Virus record (IMG/VR): IMGVR_UViG_3300036770_005052
Span: 64,001-128,000 of that record
Source: a virus
DNA: 64,000 bases
Direction: 5' to 3' (one strand)
The first letter of the stretch is position 1, and each line of letters begins with the position of its first letter. The notes under the pieces were generated by a model. The model was not told where the DNA came from. It saw nothing but the letters and a program-made list of their open reading frames with translations, and did not search any database. The position numbers and the translations under genes are program-made. This document shows positions 49,992 through 60,475 of the stretch, piece by piece.

Positions 49992-52399
49992 ACTAACACC
50001 GCATACCAAATCTGGGAAACATTCAAAGCAGAACTTACACAACCAGCAACAGATGATATGAAAGAAGCATTAGCATCTTCTATTCGTGTGATTTCTTCTC
50101 TCATTTATAGAGATGGAGTGCTTGCAGATGAACCTTGGCATTTTTATATTGCTCAAGAACTAAATGAATATGCTGATGAGGTGGAGGCACTATGACTGAA
50201 AGAGCACAACAGATTATGGATGTTTTCTATAAGGACGAAGATTTGGATGGTGATTTTATTCCAGATAAAATTGTTGTTGCGAATGTTCTTCGTAAATTGA
50301 ATAGTATTTTTGCTGAAGAAGGATATGGTGGTGATGAATTTTCTTGGCGTGTTTTTAGTGAAATTATTGATATAATTGATGAATTGGAGGCACTCTAATG
50401 ATTTTAGATGAAGAAATCCGTGAACTTGCTAACACCTATGGGTTTGATAGACACATATGTAAAACAACACACGACATTTACTGGGAATGTGATGAAAAAG
50501 ACTTCTTGAAGTTTGCCCGAGAACTTTATGATGAGGGTTATACTAAAGGTTTTAAAGTAGGGCACGATGCTGGTTGGGAATTAAATGAAGAAGTATCACG
50601 CAGAGGATTATGACTGAAAGAGCAAAAAAGATTATGAAAGCATACGAAGCAGAGGATACATACAACTTTCCAAATGATGGAGTTGCTGCTGCTCTCCGTA
50701 AGGTTGTAGAAGAACTCAAGTATATCGGTATTACTGAAAAGAACATCCTTGAACTTGCTGATGAATTGGAGGCACTATGATTACTCTTGATACACTAAAA
50801 GATAGTGTTTATTCTCTTCATCTCACAATAGAGCAGGATGAACAAGTTATGGATATTATAGAAACTGCTTATCGTCTTGGATGTGAAAATGGGTATGATG
50901 AAGCAGGAAGAATATATGCTCCAATTATTGATAAACTTATGACTTCTGTGGAAGAACTGAAATGAAAAACTTTGATGAACTTGATTGGATAGTTTTGTCT
51001 GTATTCTTTATTATAATCGTTGCTGCTACTTCTATCACTTATAGTGAGCAACAACAACGAGCACTCTTTCAACAAACATACAATAAGAACTTGGAGTGTC
51101 GTCAAGCACTCAAAAATAATACAAAAAGTTTTGTTAATGAGATTTGTGGTCCTATTCCTGTGATTGGAGATTTTGTGAAATGAACGATGAAAGTGTGATT
51201 GGAACAGTTTGTCTTGGTATTCTCGCAACTATTGGTGTTGCATTTCTTTTAGGCACTCGGTTTGGTTTTGATGATGGTGTTGTAGAAGGGAAGAATGAAG
51301 GTATTGTGTATTGTGTAGAGAAACCCAAAGAGTGTAAGATTGCTTATGATTACCTGAAACTTCAAGAGAAACAGAAATGAACCAAATACTACAAGGTTGG
51401 AAAATGGTTCTCAAAGATTATCGGCACTGGAAAATGATACTCAAATATCCTTATGATGCTTTTGATTGTGCTGTTTTCTTTGGTAATCTTGCTCAACCAC
51501 CAAACTCACTTGATGATTATATCAAAGAATTGAAAGAACTTGACCCAGATTGGGAAAAAAATTATTATGATAATCTCTGGGTTCTTTATGATGATATTGG
51601 GGAACGAATGAACGAAACAGATAAGTTGCTTGAAGAAGTTGATGAGGTATTGAAAAAATGACTAAATGCACCTGTTCTTACATCCAAATAGGATACAAAA
51701 CCTCCAACACCAAAAACCTCAATCCAGATTGCCCTCTTCACGGAACTGATAGTGTGTGGTATAATAGTCCAGAACAAGTCAAAAAAAGAGATGAAAGGTC
51801 TCAACGACTTCGGGAACTTTATGATGCTGCTCGCAAAGCAAGGGAGAATATGAAAAATGACTAAATCCTACATTTCGTGCTACAATATGCCCTATAAAGA
51901 CCTTCAAAACTTTGAGGTGCCCGATGCAGTTTATATCTACATTCGTCAGTTGGAAAACGAAATCATCAATCGTAATGGTGCCGTTCAACGACTTTATGAT
52001 TTTAGGTTTGGTGAGAAACAGAAATGATTGAAAACCTCTACGAACTACAAAGTAATGTAGAATGCTGGTGCCAAAAGTGTTGTGAGGAACAGACAGGGCA
52101 TCAACATATGTTTAGAATGGTTCTGTGCCCTACTTGTGGTAATAAACGATGCCCCAAAGCAACCGATCATAGGTTAGAATGTAGTGGTAGTAATGAACCA
52201 GGACAGAAAGGGAGTGTGTATCAATGATTGAAATGAGAATTGTAGAACACGAACTGGGAATGAAACCAGATATTCAGTATCGTTTTGTGCTTTCTACTGC
52301 TGATGCTTCTGTTCCTTTTATGAATACATCTATGAACTTGATTATGCAAAATAGTTTTGTTTGGAGTGAATGGAAAACTGCCGAATGGGTAAAAGCAGA

Positions 52400-52455
52400 G
52401 ACACTTGAAGAACTGGCACAGTAGGCATCCAGAGTGGTCTGTGATGCCTTATAAT
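52400..52455 (+). repeat. Dyad-hairpin-TATAAT element, copy 6
   Basis: GACACTT-gaag-AACTGGC ACA, aggcatc...gatgcct hairpin, TATAAT at +50. Confidence 0.9.
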
Positions 52456-53861
52456 AATAGGACAAACAAAGGAACTCCAATGATTACTGATGAACAAATC
52501 CTTAAAATTGCCCGAGAACATCTTTATATTCTTACTTCTGTGAATGAATGGTGTGGTGAGGAGGGAGACCTCTTAAACTTTGCCCGAGCAATCTACGAAA
52601 TCGGTAATGACAATGGTTGGCAAAGTCGTGAAGAAGCAGAATACTTCAACTCATCTTATCCAACTGGACTTGTAGGAGACCCACAATGAAACTTGTAGCA
52701 ATTTTTCATCATCACTCTAACAATCTTCCTATTGTGATGGAAGTATCTTCAACTGAAAAGTTTCGGGATTGTTGTGACACACTTCCAACTGACTGGGCAC
52801 ACCTGATGAATAAGGAAACTGGAGAAATTACATACACTTATAGAAACAACACTCGTACTGTTTCTCAACCAACTTTTACAATCTCACAAGAACAATCTAT
52901 CAACCGAGTAGAACGATGATTACTGACGAACAAATCCTCAAGCTTGCTAAAACCTGTGGATTTGATGATTTCTCACCCGAAGATAGAGTGTGTTGGGAAT
53001 GTTGGGAAGAACAACTGATTGAGTTTGCCCAACAAATTCGTAAAGAAACAATCAACGAAATTCTTTCTGCCCTCAAAAATGTTCCTAATCCAGAAGCAAA
53101 CCGAACAGCAATCAATCGTATTGAAATGGAGTTAAATTGATGATTGAAGTAAAGAAATCTTATGTTTTGGAATTGACTGAAACACAGGCAAGGGAACTCT
53201 ACAAACTTCTACTATCCGCAAAACATACTGAACACATAACTCACGATAATGAACTGGTGCTTGTCTATCACGAACTCAAAAAACTCTTTGATACGGGGAT
53301 ACGATGAATAAGTATCGTATCAAAAAAGAAACTTATGGTGATACTACAAGGTATTATCCACAAGAGAAATTTTTGTGGTGGTGGTATAATGTCTTTGCTT
53401 TTGATGTTTATTTTGATGGTGGATATGATACTCTGGAAAAAGCACAGAAAAACTTGTGTATCTACTGTAGGGGAACTATGGTAGAATATATTAACTTTAA
53501 CCCTAATGAGGATTGTAAATGACTGCTGATTACAAACAACTTGCTCAAGAACTTTACAGGGTACTCAACAGATTTAGATGTTGGTCCCCAGAAATAGATG
53601 ATGTTATCTCAAAATACGAATACGCAACAACCAGAGGAACTGGACGAACCACTGCTCTCTATATGAAAGCAATCACAGAAGCACTTGAAAATCCTGGTAA
53701 GAGTGTGGAGTTTATTGACCATTATCCTCATACTTTTCTTAGTGCTAAAAGTCACGGAAGCAATCTGGCAAATATTATTATTAAACTGGGATATGATATT
53801 GCGGTTACTGTTCCTTCTGGAGATGGAAGAGTGTTTCTTTACAATAAGTTTGGACAATAAG

Positions 53862-53918
53862 GACACTTACTAAATTGGCACAAGGGCACTTGAAATCAGG
53901 TGCCTTTTGTCGCATAAT
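53862..53918 (+). repeat. Dyad-hairpin-TATAAT element, copy 7
   Basis: GACACTT-acta-AATTGGC ACA, ggcacttga-aa-tcaggtgcc, CATAAT at +51. Confidence 0.9.
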
Positions 53919-53941
53919 ACTTCTATACACACAGAAGACTG

Positions 53942-54235
53942 ATGACTGCTGAACGCATTACAATCAAAGAAAGCAAAGATTTTTGTTACTATGGTGAGTT
54001 TTATGGTTCAATAGACAAAATCATTTCCACACTCCAAAGGTGCAAAGAACAGGGTTGGGAAGGTATTGATTATGATTATGATTATGGGAATGGAGGAAAA
54101 GACTACTATGTCTACAAAACCCGACTTGAAAATGATGAAGAGTATGAAAAGAGAGTGAAACAAGAAGAGCAACAAAAAGAAAATCGTCGTAAACAATATG
54201 AACAACTCAAAAAGGAGTTTGGTAAGGACACTTGA
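53942..54235 (+). CDS. Hypothetical protein, single-gene cassette between copies 7 and 8
   Basis: Starts after the element leader, stop codon inside the next element. Confidence 0.8.
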   Translation: MTAERITIKESKDFCYYGEFYGSIDKIISTLQRCKEQGWEGIDYDYDYGNGGKDYYVYKTRLENDEEYEKRVKQEEQQKENRRKQYEQLKKEFGKDT

Positions 54236-54283
54236 AGAACCGTCACAAGGGCACTTGAAATCAGGTGCCTTTTGTTGTATAAT
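54227..54283 (+). repeat. Dyad-hairpin-TATAAT element, copy 8
   Basis: GACACTT-gaag-AACCGTC ACA, same hairpin as copy 7, TATAAT at +51. Confidence 0.9.
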
Positions 54284-57200
54284 GACTTCATACGCACAGA
54301 AACCTAATGAAAGTATTTTCTTTATACTACAACGATGAGTTCGTAGCATCTTTTCCCACAAAAGAAAGTGCTATTTTCTATGGTAAGCAATTCTATGAGG
54401 ATGGATGGTCTTGTAATATTGTAGAAGAGTATTTGAGTAAATCTCCACTACTTTATAGCACTCCTTATACTCCTCTCACAAATCCAAATCCTATTCCTTA
54501 TACAATTCCTCCTATAGTTTCAAAACCACCTGCGAAGTATCCTGACACTTATCCTCATATCTATTGTGATGGAACCAAATGAAATGTAAATACTGGGATT
54601 GTGGGTTCTGTTATGCACCAGTAGATGTAGAAACCAACGCAACTCAAGGTGGATGTTTTGAACCAGAATATTGCCCTTATAAGAAATCACAAATGACTAA
54701 TCAACAACTCCCTGATATTATTGAAATCGGTGGTGTAAAATACCAACGAGTAGAAGAACCAAAACCACAGACACTCTTTGAGATTATCCGTGAGTGGTGT
54801 GATGATGATAATCAACCAACTTGCGAAGAACTTGTGAGTAGGATTGAGACGGGATGGTTGCCTAATGAAGGTTGCCACGAACTAAACAGTAATGATTATT
54901 GTGAGGGTTGGAATGATTGCATAGAACATCTAAAAGAGAACCTCAAATGACTGAAATACCAGAACCAAAAAAGTGGAGTGAGACTTACGATAAAGAACTC
55001 ACACTTGAAGAACTATTTCAACTGATTGGTGATGTTGAGTGGAACTTAAAGGATTATATTTGGGAACTTAAACAAGAAGTTGAAGAACTAAAAAAATTAG
55101 CACACTTTCACGACGATATGTATACTGAAAAAGGTGAATTGATTAGAAAATGACTGACGAACAAGGAAACTTGGAATGGGAAGAACTACGACTTCAAATA
55201 GAACAAAAAGCAAAAGAAATTGGAGACATTGTGAACATTCTTGAACGAAGGAGACAAAAACTTAAAGAAATCAACGACACAAACAAAGCAGTAGAGAACA
55301 AACGGAAAGAAAATCTTATTAGTGACCTACAATCCAAAAACTGGTATGTGAATATGAGGGAATTTATGTATCCAAAGGTGGAAGTGGTTGATGATGAAAT
55401 TGTTACGATTAATGGTGTAAAGTATCAACGAGTAGAAGAACCAAAACCACAGACACTTTTTCAGCATTTGAATTCTTTTGGTATTGTTGGTGCTGAAGGC
55501 ATCTGTAATATTGTAAGAGGTTGGTTGATTGACAACACAGTAATTGAAACTGAAGATGCTGAAAAGGTTACATTTACTATTCATAAAGAACAATTACAAA
55601 CACCAAAATGACTAACTTACTCAAATACATCAAATCTCTAAAAACAATTTATGTTCCTTCACTTTGGTTTGGTGTTCTGTTAGTTGCTTTGTTATTTCCA
55701 CAGTATGTTTTGTGGTTTATGTTTGGAACTGCTTGGGGAGTTTCGTGGATGTTTGCTTACAATTGGTTTCACGACAAATGATTGACTACACCACAATAGA
55801 ACTGGAACTTATCTTTGAGGAAGTCGCAAAACTTCCAAAAACCACAGACACTTCCTATGTGGTTCCAGATGTGTTAGAATTGGTGAGACAACGGATTTTT
55901 GATTATGAACTTCAATGATTTGCCCAATAATTCTTGGGAAAAAGTAATGGTTCATCTTGTGGAACATATTGGTGGGGATGGTGGGTCTCTTGTAAAATGG
56001 AGTGGAGAAATCCCAGACCCAGTAGAAACAGCAACTGCAATTTTGGGAATGGTTCAATATTATGACCCAGATTATCGGGACTTACCAGAAGGTGCTCTTG
56101 CTAAAGGTTTTAGAGCATTTTATAGATTGGGAGAATATGAAGAATGACTTACGAAGATTTTTTGAATATTCCAGGTGGTGTTCTCAAAGATTTGCAAACT
56201 ATTCTTATCTTGAAAGACAAGTATCATATGGATATTACCACTGAAGAAAGAAAAATCTGCGAACATATAAACAGGTTTGCTGACGAACGAAGAAAATCTG
56301 CCGAACTCTGGAAACAAAAAGAACAACTTGAAAACCTTTTTAGAAAATGAAATCCTTCAACATCAACTATACCGTCAAAGTAAAACTCACAAAGTTCGGT
56401 AAAGAACTTCATAAGAAACTCTGGGAAGATTTTTGGAACTCTCACGGTAAATTGGATAAGTTTCCTTATACTCCACCAAAGGAAGATGAAAATGGATACT
56501 GTGAGTTTGTAATGTGGGACTTGATGAATAAGTTTGGTTCTTATTGTGTATTGGGATGCGAACAACCTTTTGATACTATTATTCTGATTGATGAGGAGTA
56601 TTTGAAAGATGATTGAGTTTCTTATGATTGTTATGCTTGTTTATATGGGAGGTTCTATGTTTTTGGGACTACTTGAATACCTTATGGATAGAAAGAAATG
56701 ACTGAACCAAAAATAAAGAATATTCTTATACCCTACAAAAATAAAACGGTTTATGCTCCTTGTATTAAAACAGAATATGGTTGGTGTATTAATATGACTG
56801 ATGAGGTTATGAAAATTTTGGAAACAAATGAAATAAGAATTGACGGTGTTATTACTGTGGAGGATTTGAGAGATGACTAAACTTGAACTTATTCAAAGAT
56901 TACAGAACTCCCCTTTTACTAGATGGTGGTGGAAAATGTGGATACATAACACAACCAGAAGAATTATAATGGTTCCTTTCTATAAAAATCCAGGAAAACA
57001 ATATGAACTTTGTAAATTTAGAGAATAATGACTGAAAAAAAGATTGTACATTTTGGGAAAGAATACATAATTCCACAAAATGTTATTGATGATTTGATGA
57101 AGTATCACGGTCTTGATGCCGTAGAAGCAGTGGAACAAATAGTAGAATTGAATGATGAGGTAAAAAATGACTGACAGATTAAATCACAAACTTGATGTAA

Positions 57201-58553
57201 GTAAAATTCAAACTCTTGAAGATGTGCGAAATGTTTTTGAGTGTATGAACTTGGTTGCTAATTCGAGTGAAACTAACGAACAGTATGAACTTCTCAAAGA
57301 GTATTTTACTATTCCTTATGTTCCAGAACCTTTGAAGTTTGATAAGGCAGATTTTGACTATCAAAATTATATTGAGGATTATAAATGACTGAAAAAATAG
57401 GATACAAACTCAATCCAAAGAAACTCAAAAAAGCACCTCAATACATTACTCCTTATTTGTTTCTTGGTGCTTTTTATTACACCGAAGATTATGAGTATTT
57501 TGATGTAATCAAACCTTATCTTGATATTCCAGAACCACCCAAGTCATTAGAAGAAATCTCACAAGAATGTGAAGAGAAGTTTGATAAACATATTGAGAGT
57601 ATCAAGCATAAGTTTGCTGAACTCAAATGTCATCAAGAGTATCTGTACAATCAAAAGTTCAATAGGATTATTGAGAACTTTGAATACGCTAAGGAACACG
57701 GACAATTCCCAGTCAGATTTACAGTAGGTAATTTAGATTGTTCTAACCTTATTGCGAATAATACTGTATCTTGGAGCACAGAGTTTAGAATTGGTACAGA
57801 TGAAGTAGGATACTGGGACATCAAACCAAACATCAAAGTGTATCTGAAAAAGAAACCAAACCGTATTGTGAGATACTTTACCAAACTGCTTCTTGATTTT
57901 ACTTGGAAAGACAAATGAAACTAACTGCTGCTGATATGATGGTGATTGTGGATACTCTCAATCATAGTTTGCGAATTGGAAATTATGGTGGAGGATTTAC
58001 TACAGAAACCCGAGAACAAACTATGAATGCTGTGATTGATATTATGGCAAATATGGGTGCAGAAGTTGTCTGTGGTGATGTAGAACCTATTGTAGTGAGT
58101 GGAGATGTTGAAGAATGACTAATCCTCTTATAGACAAATATAATGAAATCTACGGAAAGAAAGAGATTAAAAGTCCAATAACTTTATCAGACCCAAATAT
58201 TTCACTTACAACAATACCATCAGTAGCAACATCAACCACAGGTATTACAAAGGCATCAAATTTTCTAACTCACGATATTCACGATACGGAGAAAACTTTT
58301 CTACAAGTCGCAGATAAAATCAAACAAGGAAAAGCAAAGGTAGGAAGTGTGAGTATAGAACACGATGTTATGCTTATGGGTGGAACAAAAGTATTTTTTG
58401 AGGTTTATGTTAACAATTGAAGAACTCCAAAAATACTTGGATGATAATAAAATCACCCTTGAAGAGTATATGAGAGCAAATATGATTACTGATGAAGACA
58501 GGAAATATTTTGATAAGATATGGATGGATGCGATTTATAAGAACTTGGGTGAG

Positions 58554-58609
58554 GACACTTTCTAAACTGGCACAGGGGATGCTCTGGGTGCCTCTGTGGG
58601 TGGTATGAT
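58554..58609 (+). repeat. Dyad-hairpin-TATAAT element, copy 9
   Basis: GACACTT-tcta-AACTGGC, cacagggg...cctctgtg hairpin, TATGAT at +50. Confidence 0.9.
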
Positions 58610-58821
58610 ACTCTCATACACACAAAGGACTGATGACTTCAAAAACCATATCAATTGGTGATTGGAAAATTAAAACTTTGACTGAAACAGAAGTCAAAGA
58701 TATTATTGCTATGCTTCGTCAGGCACAACAAGACAATCTTGATGATGAGCATTCTTATGAGTACTTCAAAAAATTAGCATCAAAAATTCACCGAATGGGA
58801 CTTGCTTTTCAATCTCTTTGA

Positions 58822-58851
58822 TATAATACTCTCATAAGAAACAAACCGATG
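58822..58851 (+). repeat. Half element (TATAAT plus leader only)
   Basis: TGA-TATAATactctcataagaaacaaaccgATG; leader resembles that of copy 3. Confidence 0.75.
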
Positions 58852-59402
58852 AATTACGAAACTGACATCATCATTCATCAGTATTCATCTGATGGAGATT
58901 TTTATTACAAACTCAAAGTCACAGATGTAATGAATATGGATTATCTGTATATGGGTAATGCTCCAACACTTGAAGGTGTTATGGAATGTATCCAACTTCA
59001 CCTCAAACAACACCAGAACTGAAATGACTGACCAAGAAAAACTTTACAAACTCTGTATTCTTGAGTTGCTGATTGCGATTGATGAGGATGTAGTGGATTG
59101 GAGGAACTATCCTAAACTCTGGGAAGCAGTTAAACTTGCCGACAGAACTCTTGACATTTGGGCAGGAGACAATCTCAAACAAATGAAAGCAGAACTTGAA
59201 GAGGTGTAAAAACTAAATGAAATACAACATCAAAAAACAACAAATCATTCAAAATGAAGAAGAAGGTTGGAGTTTTCAATTTTGGGAAGAGGTAGATTTT
59301 GTAAAGATTGTTTATTTTGAACAACTACTTTCAAAAACAACAGAATTTCGTATTCCTAAAGATTGTGTAGAATATTTTATTGATGCTTTGGAGAACCTGA
59401 AT

Positions 59403-59458
59403 GACACTTGAAGAACTGGCACAGGGGGTCTCCACAAGACCCCTTTTTGCCTTATAAT
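59403..59458 (+). repeat. Dyad-hairpin-TATAAT element, copy 10
   Basis: GACACTT-gaag-AACTGGC ACA, ggggtct-ccaca-agacccc, T-run, TATAAT at +50. Confidence 0.95.
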
Positions 59459-60419
59459 ACTCTCATAGACAAAGGAACTCCAAATGGCAATTGACACCAG
59501 CACCTGCATCAACATTCTTCCCGATGAGGAATGGTATTACACAGTTGAAGACTCAAATATTGTCACCAGTATGGATGGTTGCACCATTTCCTATTGGCAA
59601 GATGGAAAACGGCATACTCACATTACGATGGAAAAAGAAGAAGCACTCGCAGTAGCAGACGCAATTTACAAACTCTTTAAGAACTGAAATGATTGACCTT
59701 TCACAACTGACCAAAGAACAACTCAACGAACTTGAACTTCAAATCCAAAAGCATAAGGAACAACAGAAGGTAAAGGATGCTTTGGAAAATCTAAAAGGTT
59801 ATAAAGTAACTTTTTATATGAGGTTTGACCCTGAAAAGCATAAAGATAATGATATGCTTACAGATGATGGAGAACTTGACCCAAACATTTTTGCTGATTA
59901 TCTGTGTGATAATCTTGTTACAGACCTGATTAGAAATTTTGAATTGTATGGTTATGAAGATGTGAGTTATCCTATTGTGGAGATAGCAACAGAAGAAGAA
60001 ATTAAACACCAATTTTGAGGAAACTGAAATGAAACCCTTTGATTACTATTCCAAATCACAAACTGCTTATCCCAACAAAAAGGATTACATCAAGTATTAT
60101 GTTTATGATAAGGGTGAAGTTCTTTGGTCTGGGCATGACTATGAAAAAACTAAACCTGAATTAGAAAAAGAGTATCCTGATGCTGTGATTCAGGTAGTTC
60201 TTGATAAAGAAGGATACAAAGCACACCAACTTCAATATGCAGATGAAAAGCATAAACTTCACGAGGAGTTTGTGAATGACCTTTTTGAGAACTTTAATGT
60301 GACTGATAATCCTAAAAGGCAAAAGGCATTTGACCTTGCTTGGGAAAAGGGACACTCTAATGGTCTTGAAGAAGTTTATAATGAGTTTTATGACCTTGTA
60401 GAACTTATTAAAGATTGAG

Positions 60420-60475
60420 GACACTTCTCAAACTGGCACAGTGGGTGCTTCACGGCATCCCAGATGCCTTATAAT
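60420..60475 (+). repeat. Dyad-hairpin-TATAAT element, copy 11
   Basis: GACACTT-ctca-AACTGGC ACA, tgggtgc...gcatccca hairpin, TATAAT at +50. Confidence 0.9.

Noticed and set aside
45556-52479. N-terminal 'NWHR/NWHS' peptides of ORFs 45556 and 52405 as a protein motif
   Set aside because: They are translations of the DNA element; real starts are ATG 45628 and ATG 52480
53519-53860. RGTGRTT as a P-loop NTPase
   Set aside because: Lacks the Walker A lysine and the ORF is too short for a confident call
55001-55014. acacttgaagaact as a further element copy
   Set aside because: Inside a coding region (LTLEEL), with no right arm, hairpin or TATAAT at +50
45551-60475. Repeated element as a CRISPR array
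   Set aside because: Copies are 0.3-4.3 kb apart, separated by whole genes, internally variable, and no cas genes are present
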